Translations under genes and position numbers: made by a program
Shown: piece by piece, positions 27,260-40,145 of the stretch
How positions within the stretch are numbered: position 1 is the stretch's first letter
Layout: each line of letters opens with the position of its first letter
Source: a phage
DNA length: 64,000 bases
Direction: 5' to 3' (one strand)
Assembly (NCBI GenBank): GCA_027262695.1
Contig: GCA_027262695.1_4722.1
Notes under the pieces: generated by a model
Seen by the model: only the letters and a program-made list of their open reading frames with translations
What the model was told of the DNA's origin: nothing
Database searches by the model: none

Positions 27260-27426
27260 TTATCCTGATACAACGATAACTCCAGTCGTAGAAATACCGC
27301 TAACGCAATAGACAGTAACGCTACGCGTACCCACATCCCACCTTGAACGCTGTTATACAGCATAAAGACCAGAGCGATGCCGCCCATATGCAGGCGGCAC
27401 TTATCGAAAAGTGTTGGTTTATACAT
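27256..27426 (-). CDS. small membrane protein (56 aa), below ORF-track size cutoff
   Basis: Hand-translated: MYKPTLFDKCRLHMGGIALVFMLYNSVQGGMWVRVALLSIALAVFLRLELSLYQDK; stop overlaps next start. Confidence 0.4.
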   Translation of the reverse strand: MYKPTLFDKCRLHMGGIALVFMLYNSVQGGMWVRVALLSIALAVFLRLELSLYQDK

Positions 27427-27646
27427 AGGAAATTAATCGTTGAGTGATTTTTACTTTGCCTTTACCCGGACCTTTCTTGCGACGATTCAACAGACGGATG
27501 CGGTATCCGGTTACGGTATCCCCATCGTAATCAGCGCGTAACGATAACGAGAGAGCACGATGTTCCCGATCAACGCCCGGGTTGTTATAGAAACGATTGA
27601 AACTTAAAAGATGATTACTTGGAATCATTGTGTTATCCTTACTCAA
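27419..27646 (-). CDS. hypothetical small basic protein
   Basis: 75-aa ORF in gene train. Confidence 0.4.
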   Translation of the reverse strand: MSKDNTMIPSNHLLSFNRFYNNPGVDREHRALSLSLRADYDGDTVTGYRIRLLNRRKKGPGKGKVKITQRLISYV

Positions 27647-28006
27647 TTATCGGCCCAGGTCGAGGTATTCAGCACCAACCACGGTATTAGTGGTAGGATC
27701 AACCAATACGCGAACACGCGCGTAAGTACGATACCCTGGATTGAACACTTCGAAATCCGCAACACGCAGTTTCACTTTAGGGTCGGTTGGACTTTTCACA
27801 CCTGGCAGTTCTTTCGGTTCACCGAAGTCTACGCCCATTTCTTCAAGGTCGTTCGATGTAAACTCATTCATGGCCATATAGACACGTGAGGCTGTATTGA
27901 ATACATCACGGCTGTAGAGGAAATCGGTTTGGTTAGCATGTACAGAACCAATAAAACCACCGAACAGAATAGCAACAGCAACAAACAGTTTTGTTAACGT
28001 TTTCAT
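27647..28006 (-). CDS. secreted protein of unknown function
   Basis: 119 aa; signal peptide MKTLTKLFVAVAILFGGFIGSVHA. Confidence 0.55.
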   Translation of the reverse strand: MKTLTKLFVAVAILFGGFIGSVHANQTDFLYSRDVFNTASRVYMAMNEFTSNDLEEMGVDFGEPKELPGVKSPTDPKVKLRVADFEVFNPGYRTYARVRVLVDPTTNTVVGAEYLDLGR

Positions 28007-28044
28007 GAGCGTTTCCTTAATAACTTAAATAGAACAATATCGTA

Positions 28045-28467
28045 TTAACGTACAGCTGCTACACCGCGTGAGCATGCCTGGATACCATCGGTGTTCACGA
28101 TGATGGTTTCGTTAAACGCGCGAATACGTGCACGACGGGCTTCTTTAAGGCTGGCGATAGCGCTAGCAACTTCGTTAACGTTAGCGAGACTTACGACCGG
28201 AATCAGACGAGCGTCAGGGCTGCAGATGTTCAAGCCTTGATAAATACGTCCGTTAATTCCTAAGGTATCAGACATCGGATAATGCGCGCGGCATTGATTT
28301 TGGCCCATCACCACAAATGAACGATCGGAGAGACCAATTTGGTAACGACCGTCTTCACTGTAGGTGTAGCAATTGTGTCCACGAAGCATCCAGTTTGCTT
28401 GTGCTTGAACGCTTACGAAAGCCAGAGATGCAACGATAGCCAGTACGATGTTTTTGATCAGTTTCAT
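28045..28467 (-). CDS. secreted protein of unknown function
   Basis: 140 aa; signal peptide MKLIKNIVLAIVASLAFVSVQAQA. Confidence 0.55.
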   Translation of the reverse strand: MKLIKNIVLAIVASLAFVSVQAQANWMLRGHNCYTYSEDGRYQIGLSDRSFVVMGQNQCRAHYPMSDTLGINGRIYQGLNICSPDARLIPVVSLANVNEVASAIASLKEARRARIRAFNETIIVNTDGIQACSRGVAAVR

Positions 28468-28551
28468 GATAAGATTCCTTATTAAAGATTAAAATGAATA
28501 TTGAGAAATAAGAGATTGATAAGGCCCTCATCACGAGGGCCTCCGTAACCA

Positions 28552-28860
28552 TTAATTTGCCGAGAAGAAATGCATTATAGCATCTACCGGCTGCGGGTTG
28601 CTTTCAAATTTGTCGTTAGTAAACACGACGCGCTGTCGTAGGACGTGTGCGGCTATGATATCGCTTTTATCTCCGGCAAGCGAAACGAAACTCATCGTCC
28701 CAGCAGGGATCGCGATTTCGAACGTTGATGTACGACCTTTAGCTTTCTTGATGCTCTGTAAGGTGCTGTTGAGCGTTTCCGTTTTCTGACCGATCAGAAG
28801 ACCGGTAACAAAACGATTTTCGATTTTACCAGCAACGTTCATCTTGAATGAAGTTGACAT
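28552..28860 (-). CDS. hypothetical protein
   Basis: 102-aa ORF flanked by GC hairpins at 28522-28542 and 28911-28930. Confidence 0.45.
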   Translation of the reverse strand: MSTSFKMNVAGKIENRFVTGLLIGQKTETLNSTLQSIKKAKGRTSTFEIAIPAGTMSFVSLAGDKSDIIAAHVLRQRVVFTNDKFESNPQPVDAIMHFFSAN

Positions 28861-28937
28861 AATTACATCCTCTTAATACGGATTGATTTTAGATTGATAA
28901 CAACATAACAGCCCTCCGAAGTGGAGGGCCTGGTTAA

Positions 28938-29249
28938 TTACTTGTAGAAATGACGTAAAACCGTTGCGATAGGGAACAACCCTGTAACGGTGTTATCACC
29001 CGCGAACATCATGTTCGAACCATTAACCGTGATGAAACGGATATCGGTTACTGAACCATCGATGGCGACAAATCGCATCGAGTTAGGTGGAAGATCTTCA
29101 ATAACATCCTCCAGGTATTCACGGTTTTCAAACGCTTCTTTAACACGACGCATGAAACGAATCAAGGTTCCTTCAGCATCAGCTTCCAAATGGCCTAAGG
29201 TATCACGATTGTTACGAATAGCGAATACAGTCATTTTAAACATATTCAT
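28938..29249 (-). CDS. hypothetical protein
   Basis: 103-aa ORF; conserved upstream motif at 29311-29345. Confidence 0.45.
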   Translation of the reverse strand: MNMFKMTVFAIRNNRDTLGHLEADAEGTLIRFMRRVKEAFENREYLEDVIEDLPPNSMRFVAIDGSVTDIRFITVNGSNMMFAGDNTVTGLFPIATVLRHFYK

Positions 29250-29310
29250 CCTAGCATCCTCTTGTGTTGGATTGATTTCTAAACATCTAGGTGAAGCATA
29301 TTACTGCTTT

Positions 29311-29345
29311 GCTTCACCTTGGTAATATAGCCGTGAAAATTATTG
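29311..29345 (-). promoter_or_regulatory. conserved upstream motif copy 2
   Basis: Plus-strand ggtaatatagccgtgaaaattattgtatt. Confidence 0.45.
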
Positions 29346-29376
29346 TATTAGCTTATCACGCCTTCGTTAAATAAGG

Positions 29377-30309
29377 TCAGATCTCATTAATACGTTTAAT
29401 CACAACGTCAGGGAAAAGTTTAAGGATCTCATCGGGCGGTGCCTCGTCTTTCGTCCAACGATAACGTTCAACCTTTTCAATCCGTGGACTCCCTCCTACG
29501 TCAGCGATACGAAAGATGCTGGCAATACCCAAATCAAAACTTACACTGTAGATATCTTCTACGCCTCCTTTATCAGCAAGCATTTTCGCAAAATGTTCGG
29601 TATCAGGAAGAATCGCCAAATTGCGTATACACCACACATTGTCACCCATCTCCTCAAGTTTCGGGTACGTCAACGTATGTCCGTGTTGCGTTAACCAGCG
29701 GTGGTTTTCAAGATAAAAGTCTTTATCTCCCGGACGATAACCCAATATCACTCTTGTATAGAAAAGATTAGGGGTATCCAGCAGTTCTCGAATTGTCGGT
29801 CCGGTGTGCTCCCAGAGACAAATCCGATTACGGTCTATGTCGTAATCGGCGTCATTGCTCACTTCCCAACTTATCGTAAGCTCGTCGATAACATTCCAGC
29901 CAAATACACGATCACAGCCGAGTAGGTTGACGATGGTTGAAATATCATGCTTGTCGAATATGCCAGGATTACGCGGAGGTTCCATTATGCGTAGCGGCTC
30001 CCACAGCTCGGCATAATCGTAAAGCAAATGACGACATAAGCTTTTTGTTAACGGCGTTTGTTCGCGGAACAGTGGAAGAATCACTCTATCCAATAACGGA
30101 CGCAGTGGGTGATTATCCGGTGGTAGCGGGGCAATTAACCGACCTCCCTCTTTAGAGCCGTCAAGACCGAACCCGTAACGCTCTGAAAGGAGCGCAATCA
30201 ACACTTTTGCTATGCGATTACGTACTACGCGGTGGACATCATCGGTGTAGCCGAATGTCGGTTTATTACCGCAAACGAAGGTGAAGTATCTAGGCGTTAG
30301 CTTAACCAT
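29377..30309 (-). CDS. hypothetical protein
   Basis: 310-aa ORF. Confidence 0.5.
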   Translation of the reverse strand: MVKLTPRYFTFVCGNKPTFGYTDDVHRVVRNRIAKVLIALLSERYGFGLDGSKEGGRLIAPLPPDNHPLRPLLDRVILPLFREQTPLTKSLCRHLLYDYAELWEPLRIMEPPRNPGIFDKHDISTIVNLLGCDRVFGWNVIDELTISWEVSNDADYDIDRNRICLWEHTGPTIRELLDTPNLFYTRVILGYRPGDKDFYLENHRWLTQHGHTLTYPKLEEMGDNVWCIRNLAILPDTEHFAKMLADKGGVEDIYSVSFDLGIASIFRIADVGGSPRIEKVERYRWTKDEAPPDEILKLFPDVVIKRINEI

Positions 30310-30319
30310 CTTCTTTCCT

Positions 30320-30766
30320 TTAATCTAAATAGTAGATGATAGAAAGGTCTTTTCCATCAAATACGATATCCGTACAATCATGGAGCGTTGGCAAGACCAT
30401 TTTTGCCGCGATTGGAACATACGCTTGTAATTCCATGAAGTTGTTCATACGGAACGCACGGCGTACCATCAACGGGGTTAACGTAAAGGTTACGCTGACA
30501 TTACCGTTTTGTGTTAAATGCATGATCGCATGACCGTGATCGCACCAGCAATGGTTCTCAATCCATCCAGTATAAACAAGAACGTTTTTATTCTCGTCGT
30601 AATAAGCAATACCTGGTTGCTTTAGACGACTGGTGAATCGAGAAGCCTGCTCGTAGCCTGCGCGTAACATACGGGCGACCAAACGGGTGTTGTTATCCAT
30701 TCGGTTTTGTTCGTTGGTTTTCGTGGTGTTGAAAAGTTCGATACGTTCTGCTTTTGTAATTTGCAT
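30320..30766 (-). CDS. hypothetical protein
   Basis: 148-aa ORF. Confidence 0.5.
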   Translation of the reverse strand: MQITKAERIELFNTTKTNEQNRMDNNTRLVARMLRAGYEQASRFTSRLKQPGIAYYDENKNVLVYTGWIENHCWCDHGHAIMHLTQNGNVSVTFTLTPLMVRRAFRMNNFMELQAYVPIAAKMVLPTLHDCTDIVFDGKDLSIIYYLD

Positions 30767-30768
30767 GA

Positions 30769-31185
30769 TTACTGTCCTAAGAAATTGCGGTTGAATAAAG
30801 GAATGCCTGAGCCACTAAAGATACGGGTGGTGGAATGTCCTTGATGTTCGGTTGATTCGTAATACTCGATAGGCCATGATACGGGTTTAGGGAGACGATC
30901 TAATGCTCGCAACACACCGAGCTTGATCAAATTGCTTTCGAACGGGTAGGGTTGTATCGTTAGCGAACAGAACACCCTCGTTCTATGCAGATGAATAAGC
31001 CGTTGTTGAAGCTTCGATAACCGTTTGTATTTGATCAAGAAGCCAATAACATGGCTCTCTGGATGATCATGATGATAGCGTGCGTTATCAAAGTAAGCGT
31101 GCTCTCCTCTTACAACGAGATACTTTATTGCTTGCATGAATGAGTAACGCCGCAATTCACCGTCGGTTAGCATCACACGAATCAT
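30769..31185 (-). CDS. hypothetical protein
   Basis: 138-aa ORF. Confidence 0.45.
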   Translation of the reverse strand: MIRVMLTDGELRRYSFMQAIKYLVVRGEHAYFDNARYHHDHPESHVIGFLIKYKRLSKLQQRLIHLHRTRVFCSLTIQPYPFESNLIKLGVLRALDRLPKPVSWPIEYYESTEHQGHSTTRIFSGSGIPLFNRNFLGQ

Positions 31186-31784
31186 GGCTTCGCATCCATG
31201 ACCGGTCCGAACATCCAGAACGCAAGCTGCTGATACACTTGCTCAACAACCGCGGCTTCGGTTTGTTCGTTCACCACTCTCCCTTTTGTTTGTTTGATTC
31301 CAGGGGGTATATCGCCAGGATGGACATAGCTTGTCGGAAATTGCCAGAGTAGACGTTTACCTAACGTGGGTAAATAAACTTCGTCGAACTGGAAGGCTTT
31401 TGGATTCCAATGAAGCAACTGGTCCGATTCGACGTTTAACGCTTTCTTACGTTTGCTTGGTGGGTTACCAAAATACTGAACGATTTCCGACGCCAGAATC
31501 TGTTCAACAAAACGTTTTGCTTCTGCGTCATCGATGGGTGGTAAACGATGCGACAGATTCATCCTTCGCTGCTCTGTGTCGATTCTCCGCATGTTTTTTA
31601 CCAACTCACGAGCATCGAGCTTACCGTTGTGTCCAACCTGTCGATGTAATATCTGTCCCTGGAACAAAACGCAAAGTTCTTGAGGCGCGGTACTTTCCAT
31701 ACGTCCGTAAGCAACTATCACCGAGCGCCGACGGTCGATAACCTCGCGGATGAACCGCGGCTCAGTAATACTCACCACTATCAT
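31182..31784 (-). CDS. hypothetical protein
   Basis: 200-aa ORF, overlaps downstream start by 4 nt. Confidence 0.5.
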   Translation of the reverse strand: MIVVSITEPRFIREVIDRRRSVIVAYGRMESTAPQELCVLFQGQILHRQVGHNGKLDARELVKNMRRIDTEQRRMNLSHRLPPIDDAEAKRFVEQILASEIVQYFGNPPSKRKKALNVESDQLLHWNPKAFQFDEVYLPTLGKRLLWQFPTSYVHPGDIPPGIKQTKGRVVNEQTEAAVVEQVYQQLAFWMFGPVMDAKP

Positions 31785-31828
31785 TTAAAGCCCTCTTTAT
31801 CTTTTTCCATTTCTCTTTACATAGCCAC

Positions 31829-32515
31829 TTAAGACGTTGCCATCTTATATTCCAGAGATTTCTTCGATAGACCATGAATAATACCTTCTGGGGTTAACAG
31901 TAGACAATCTGGATTCTGTGTTTTGGAACGGTCGTCATGACTGTTCAATGAAAACAGCAATGCAGAAATCCCCTTTGTTCTATTTAACGTTGCAGCAATA
32001 ACGTCGTATTGTCTTAACGCTTCTGACACGGTACGATGCGGAACCACACGCGACTGCTTAAAGCTGGCTAACCGCCACGTCTCGAACAGACAACGCAGTT
32101 TAAACACATCCGTCGGAACAGCGTTGGCCCCCTCTTCGATAACCTTAACACGATCAGCCTCAGGATATCCGACGGCAACAGCTCCAAAGTGACGCACGCC
32201 ATCATGGAAAGCATCGACGGACGTTTCCGCATACTTACACACGGTACCCGAAACCACCATGACCTTCGCTAACCCACGGTAATTGATGGTTAACGGAATA
32301 CGGAATACACGGAACGCATGTTCTGGTGTTAATGCGGTATCATTGACCTTTGTTGCAGTCAGTTTACCGCGTTCATAACGCGCCTCGAACGTAAGCCCAT
32401 CGTAAACAGGATTGATAACAACGCCCCCAGGGGAGGCGTTAGCGTTGAGATGGGTGTTAAGCCAATCCGATACTTCCTGTTTGGTGGTCACGATTAACAT
32501 AAAACGGTCCTCCAT
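31829..32515 (-). CDS. hypothetical protein
   Basis: Start set at ATG 32515 (AAGGA RBS) to avoid overlap with upstream gene. Confidence 0.5.
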   Translation of the reverse strand: MEDRFMLIVTTKQEVSDWLNTHLNANASPGGVVINPVYDGLTFEARYERGKLTATKVNDTALTPEHAFRVFRIPLTINYRGLAKVMVVSGTVCKYAETSVDAFHDGVRHFGAVAVGYPEADRVKVIEEGANAVPTDVFKLRCLFETWRLASFKQSRVVPHRTVSEALRQYDVIAATLNRTKGISALLFSLNSHDDRSKTQNPDCLLLTPEGIIHGLSKKSLEYKMATS

Positions 32516-32525
32516 TTCTGTTCCT

Positions 32526-33176
32526 TTATTGTTGAACGGTTTCTTCCAAACCATCTTTCTGTTTTGTTAATTCTGATTGCTTGCGATACACCGTCCACGA
32601 GTCGTATAACCCGGTAAACGTCAAATGACGGGCATTTAAGTTCACGGTGAATTCCGTCACGTTGACGAAATCCGAACGAAGCATCCGATGAAAGTTATCA
32701 TCTCCGGTACAGCCTCCGTTTCCTTCGCCCTGATAAATCAGAAGCTGATGCGGTTGAATCCGCGTTGCAACCAATGTGGCTTGTGGTTCGTTGTAAGGCG
32801 GCCACGACAATAAAATGACATCGTATTGCGAAAGGTCGACGTTCGTGTAGTCAGCCTGCTGAATGTCCTCAATAAACGGATGGGGATGTATTGTCGTATC
32901 GTAAGCGGTAACGTCCTCAACACCAAGTTTACGCAGTACGTGAGTCAGGTAACCTGTCCCACAACCCAGGTCAGCAACACGCCGTCCGTAACAGATGTTC
33001 GCTAACTGAAGCGCGGTTTCCATGGTTAACAGCGACCATCCAACGTGTTGGGTGTATTCTTCACGTGTGTCCCATTGTTGTTGAAATGACATCGGTTCGA
33101 TGATACCGGCAAGCCGTGGATAGGGCAACGGCATCTTGTTTTCACCCTGAGTGAGTAACGCAATAACATCGTTCAT
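32526..33176 (-). CDS. class I SAM-dependent methyltransferase
   Basis: 216 aa; motif I VADLGCGTGYLT, acidic residue after beta-2 (VTAYDT). Confidence 0.55.
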   Translation of the reverse strand: MNDVIALLTQGENKMPLPYPRLAGIIEPMSFQQQWDTREEYTQHVGWSLLTMETALQLANICYGRRVADLGCGTGYLTHVLRKLGVEDVTAYDTTIHPHPFIEDIQQADYTNVDLSQYDVILLSWPPYNEPQATLVATRIQPHQLLIYQGEGNGGCTGDDNFHRMLRSDFVNVTEFTVNLNARHLTFTGLYDSWTVYRKQSELTKQKDGLEETVQQ

Positions 33177-33202
33177 TTCTTTTCCTTCTTATCGGCATAA
33201 AC

Positions 33203-33220
33203 CCTCCCATACCGGGAGGG
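33203..33220. promoter_or_regulatory. short GC-rich stem-loop preceded by GGCATAAA
   Basis: ccctcccataccgggaggg. Confidence 0.5.
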
Positions 33221-33225
33221 TACAA

Positions 33226-33669
33226 TCATTCATTATCAATAACCCTGAGATTCGGTGCACCAAGTTCTCTTTTGGCTATCGCACTAAGTAACCGTTCTTC
33301 AACGAAACAGGTTTCTTTGCTGCCATCGATTGTACGCATATCACCTCGGAAATTGTTAAGAACCATGAACAGTTCGCAACCTTCGATCGGGATAGCGATA
33401 TCGTAATTAACCTGGGATGCTGTGAAGCGAATACCTACCACGATACCAGGAACGTAGATGACGGGTGCGGTCGGTATCTGGGCGGCTTCATTATCTGGAT
33501 CTGCCTCCATTATAAGCTCAACCCGGTCACCAATATGGAATTGCGAGTACCCGTTCACTTCGCGTAAATAAGCAGATTGCTGCATATTGACAAACTTCTC
33601 TTTGCTTGAGTCGCAAGGTAAATCCAGGACTTCTTCCAACGTTAAGAATTTGCGATCGAACCAACTCAT
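33226..33669 (-). CDS. hypothetical protein
   Basis: 147-aa ORF. Confidence 0.45.
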   Translation of the reverse strand: MSWFDRKFLTLEEVLDLPCDSSKEKFVNMQQSAYLREVNGYSQFHIGDRVELIMEADPDNEAAQIPTAPVIYVPGIVVGIRFTASQVNYDIAIPIEGCELFMVLNNFRGDMRTIDGSKETCFVEERLLSAIAKRELGAPNLRVIDNE

Positions 33670-33670
33670 C

Positions 33671-34210
33671 TTAAGCTCCTTTATGCTTTGTTTTGATTGA
33701 TGATGTTAACCAGGATGATCTTACCGTAAAGCCTTCGGATTCATAGAACGCTTGGGCTTCAGCGTTATCGGCACGAACATCCAAACCGATGGCGTGCCCA
33801 CCGCAATGGTACGCGACGTTACGGGCTTCGTTCATCAAGGCATGACCAATTCCGCGTCCGCGATACTCTTGCTTTACGATAATCGACGTCACGTCATGAA
33901 TACCCATATGGCTCTCGGTGTTCACTTCCAGGAGTCCTACCGGTATTGAGGCAATAGCATCGATCATGACAATCAACATCGCGCCAGCTGGGAGACGGTC
34001 TTCCAATTCCAGGGAAGCGTACTCGTCTTTTAAACTAGGGATACGTTCTGGTAGGAAGGTATCTATCCAGGCTTCCGATTCTGCATCATCGAGAATACGA
34101 TACAGTTCACGAATCCGCTGTTTATGTGGATAGAGGTGTGGGTCAGCCGCCGTTGAAGCGATAATGCAGTGGAACGGCCGTTCATTGATGACCAATGATT
34201 TAATACTCAC
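33671..34210 (-). CDS. GNAT-family N-acetyltransferase
   Basis: 179 aa; motif A VKQEYRGRGIGHALM and downstream AEAQAFYESEGF. Confidence 0.55.
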   Translation of the reverse strand: MSIKSLVINERPFHCIIASTAADPHLYPHKQRIRELYRILDDAESEAWIDTFLPERIPSLKDEYASLELEDRLPAGAMLIVMIDAIASIPVGLLEVNTESHMGIHDVTSIIVKQEYRGRGIGHALMNEARNVAYHCGGHAIGLDVRADNAEAQAFYESEGFTVRSSWLTSSIKTKHKGA

Positions 34211-34713
34211 GCTAAGTTTTCCTCGTTTTCTAAGAGTCGATTACGATGACGTTTATACATTTGATGTAACGCTGTGATCTGATAAAATTTCTTATAGCGT
34301 CTTTCAATCCGCTTCTGCACCTCTTTCCATGGGAGTTTATCGTATTGACGATAACGATGGATTTCATTTAACATGCGGAGTCGATCAGGGTCTGTGTTCT
34401 GTATCGTCCTGAGTTTGATACGCTGGTAACCGCGTTGTAACCCCGATTCAGAATACGTCACACCGAATTCATCTTGAATTAAGGTGATGATCTCCCGCCA
34501 ACGTCGTTTCTCACCGTCGCGCAAATGCACGACCCGCGATAAAATATCGTTACGATTACGATGACTCAGCTTGATATTAAGCATTGAAGCGATCGCGCTT
34601 ATCCCTCTCTGACTCCGTCCTAACGCTTCACCGATCTCCTTTGATGTCATGACGCCAGCGTTTCGGCGTATGAATGCGATTTCGGTTGTTGTGTATTCTT
34701 TACCTGCTGCCAT
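34207..34713 (-). CDS. HTH protein, tandem paralog 6 (single-repeat version)
   Basis: Shares TTEIAFI...SKEIGEALGRS and C-terminal W.E....I...F...Y pattern with five upstream paralogs. Confidence 0.55.
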   Translation of the reverse strand: MAAGKEYTTTEIAFIRRNAGVMTSKEIGEALGRSQRGISAIASMLNIKLSHRNRNDILSRVVHLRDGEKRRWREIITLIQDEFGVTYSESGLQRGYQRIKLRTIQNTDPDRLRMLNEIHRYRQYDKLPWKEVQKRIERRYKKFYQITALHQMYKRHRNRLLENEENLA

Positions 34714-35183
34714 TTCTTACCACGTGTGTTATAATAGTAACGCTGACAAAGATGTGTGTGGTGATACTCCCGTTTGAACTCGATGCTGATAACGCGAGCA
34801 ACTTCTCTCCAGCTAACTCCTTCACGTCGAAGTACCGCAATACGACCTGAAATTTTGCACCATTCGCCCGGGTCATATCGCCGTAGCTTATGTCGTCGTA
34901 TTACAGAGGCGACACTCGCTTTCGACCGGCCAAGATGATTCGACATTTGTTTAACCGAGTATCTGTGGATATTGTTACGGATATAGGAAAGCTCATCGTC
35001 AGTATATGCCGCGTTGGTTCTCGGTGAAGGAAATAAAATATATAACTTATTCTTAATCGCGCTTTCTGTGCGTTGAAATACAGTAGCCAGATCACTAATC
35101 GGTGGTCTGGGTATTTGGTATGCGTAATTCTCGAGGCGGGAGAGTTCCTCATCTGTCCAGCGACGACACTTGCGCATGGGCAA
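34647..35183 (-). CDS. HTH protein, tandem paralog 5
   Basis: RWTDEELSRL and YTDDELSYIRNN...KQMSNHLGRS repeats. Confidence 0.55.
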   Translation of the reverse strand: MPMRKCRRWTDEELSRLENYAYQIPRPPISDLATVFQRTESAIKNKLYILFPSPRTNAAYTDDELSYIRNNIHRYSVKQMSNHLGRSKASVASVIRRHKLRRYDPGEWCKISGRIAVLRREGVSWREVARVISIEFKREYHHTHLCQRYYYNTRGKKWQQVKNTQQPKSHSYAETLAS

Positions 35184-35646
35184 CTCCTTTATTTTTCATG
35201 TGGTAATACCAGCGCTGATATAACGCATGTTTGTTCGTTACAACACCAAATTTGACGACAACGTCGTACGTAATCTCATCCCAGCTTTTCGTGACCTTAA
35301 GTCGTTCGTTAATGAAATCGAGCACACGCTGTCGTTCTTGTCGGGTTGGTGAGCGACGTATTCCGTTAAGGCGGACGAACTGACGGACCGAATCATAGGA
35401 CCGATTCAAATCAACCGCGATCTCACGTAACGTCTTCTGTTTTATTACCGACTCGATGTACGTACGTTCTTTGTTGGTATAAGGTCGATAGTTTTGACGA
35501 CGTTGTAATCCTAAACGTCTCAAACGTGTGTCGATACTCGCCTTGGTTCGATTCATCTGTTGTGCGATTTCATCGATCGATAACGTCGTGTTAGTGTAAA
35601 GATGCGCAACCGCTTCGAGATCTTTATTGCGCCACGGTCGTACCAT
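35149..35646 (-). CDS. HTH protein, tandem paralog 4
   Basis: PWRNKDLEAV...IDEIAQQMNRT and YTNKERTYIESV...REIAVDLNRS repeats. Confidence 0.55.
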   Translation of the reverse strand: MVRPWRNKDLEAVAHLYTNTTLSIDEIAQQMNRTKASIDTRLRRLGLQRRQNYRPYTNKERTYIESVIKQKTLREIAVDLNRSYDSVRQFVRLNGIRRSPTRQERQRVLDFINERLKVTKSWDEITYDVVVKFGVVTNKHALYQRWYYHMKNKGVAHAQVSSLDR

Positions 35647-36124
35647 CCTGGAGTCCTCTCTTCTTCTGATGATGCCACCATCGTTGATAGATAGCTTGTT
35701 TCGTACGCATTATACCAAAATGCGCATTAACCTGTTCGGCAATGCGATACCAATCATTCGTCTCTTTCAACAACGTGTCAACGAAGATCAGAAAGGCTTC
35801 GGTATCGTCATTGGTTAACCGTTTGAAACCGTAGCGGTGCGCGGTTACCCTAAGACTGTTTGGATCTCGGTTGAGGTCACGAGCAAGCTGTTTGTAGCTC
35901 TTACGTTTACAGTTCGCCTTGATATACTCCAATTCACGATGTGTAAAACGGTTGTGTGCTTTACGACGTTCGACGTTTAAATAGCGAAGCCGTGCTTCGA
36001 CTGCACCGAACGTCGTCTCCATGATTTCCGCAATTTCGCGAATCTTTAATCGCGGTTGCCGAAAATATAGTTCTAACAACTGATTATCGGACTTACGATT
36101 CCATCGTCGTATCGTTGGTTTCAC
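35624..36124 (-). CDS. HTH protein, tandem paralog 3
   Basis: RWNRKSDNQLLEL...IREIAEIMETT and FTHRELEYIKAN...KQLARDLNRD repeats. Confidence 0.55.
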   Translation of the reverse strand: MKPTIRRWNRKSDNQLLELYFRQPRLKIREIAEIMETTFGAVEARLRYLNVERRKAHNRFTHRELEYIKANCKRKSYKQLARDLNRDPNSLRVTAHRYGFKRLTNDDTEAFLIFVDTLLKETNDWYRIAEQVNAHFGIMRTKQAIYQRWWHHQKKRGLQDGTTVAQ

Positions 36125-36137
36125 AACGAGGTTTCTC

Positions 36138-36605
36138 CTATTCTCCGCGTCTTAGTACCTGAGTGTAGTAGAGGGCATAGACACCGCTTAACGTGTAATG
36201 GGTGTTAAATTCGTTATTGATGATATTCTGTATTTTCTCCCAGGTTCTCTTCTCTTTTCTAAGCGTGTGTATTCGGTGATAAATCATCTCTCGACGTTGC
36301 GCTTTACAGGCGACAATACCGTAACGGTAGCAGAGTTTAGCGATTGCTTCTGCGCTACGATTGAACATTACGGCAGCTTCTTTTACGCTATGTGTCTTGA
36401 GATAATCGGCTAACATCACGCGTTCATCAAAACAGCAGTAGCGATGACGTGACGCGAGTTTCCAGCGCTTGCGATTGCGGTTAATTCGACCTTGAACCGA
36501 ACCTTCCGTTCTGCCAAGCCGCTCTGCAATCTCTTGCATCGGTATACCGTTTCGATACAGGGTAATCAGCATCGCATCCTCTTCAGGTGTCCAGTCCTTG
36601 ACCAT
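36138..36605 (-). CDS. HTH protein, tandem paralog 2
   Basis: DWTPEEDAMLITL...MQEIAERLGRT repeat. Confidence 0.55.
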   Translation of the reverse strand: MVKDWTPEEDAMLITLYRNGIPMQEIAERLGRTEGSVQGRINRNRKRWKLASRHRYCCFDERVMLADYLKTHSVKEAAVMFNRSAEAIAKLCYRYGIVACKAQRREMIYHRIHTLRKEKRTWEKIQNIINNEFNTHYTLSGVYALYYTQVLRRGE

Positions 36606-36615
36606 CGTATCTACC

Positions 36616-39486
<2,871 letters not shown>

Positions 39487-39512
39487 GTTGGGAGGGACAC
39501 AGGCGAATCACC

Positions 39513-40145
39513 TTACGATTTCACAACACATTCGACTTCGTCGTTCATGTACGCGTCGTATAAAGACAAGACTTCTTTCATTTTGATTTCAGGTAACGCA
39601 ACGGAACGTATCGCTTTCAAGATGTTCCGCGTTTGATGATGTTTTGCTGTGGCCTCACGTGCTTTACAGAACCGACGGATACAGGTATTAACTTTACCGC
39701 CTTCAGCACGTTCGAGAGCAACATGCAGCTTCAAATCAAGCAATACATCGGTAAGTTCCTGAGTAGCCGGATCGTTACGAATGAGTCGTACGGTATGTTC
39801 ATCAGGATTCAGCATCGTGAGGAACTGAAGTTTGATGTGCTCTGGTACCGGTTTCGTGTTCACCATGATGGCATCAAGCTGTTCTTTAACGTCCAACTCG
39901 TTGAACACATAACGTTCGACGTGTACAACATGTGCTTTTCCTGATTCACCGTAAATCGCCATCGCACGATAATCATCAAACAACACGACGTACATCAGAT
40001 CTTGTTCTGGTCCTAGGGTACCATCGATGAGTTTCGGGGCATGTTTCTTGAAGAAACCGTAACGAACAGCTTCATCCGGCTGGAGCGTCCACGCATTAAC
40101 AGGCTGTTTTACGAGTTCCATGTAACACCTCATCAAGATCATCAC
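39513..40145 (-). CDS. hypothetical protein
   Basis: 210-aa ORF. Confidence 0.5.
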   Translation of the reverse strand: MMILMRCYMELVKQPVNAWTLQPDEAVRYGFFKKHAPKLIDGTLGPEQDLMYVVLFDDYRAMAIYGESGKAHVVHVERYVFNELDVKEQLDAIMVNTKPVPEHIKLQFLTMLNPDEHTVRLIRNDPATQELTDVLLDLKLHVALERAEGGKVNTCIRRFCKAREATAKHHQTRNILKAIRSVALPEIKMKEVLSLYDAYMNDEVECVVKS

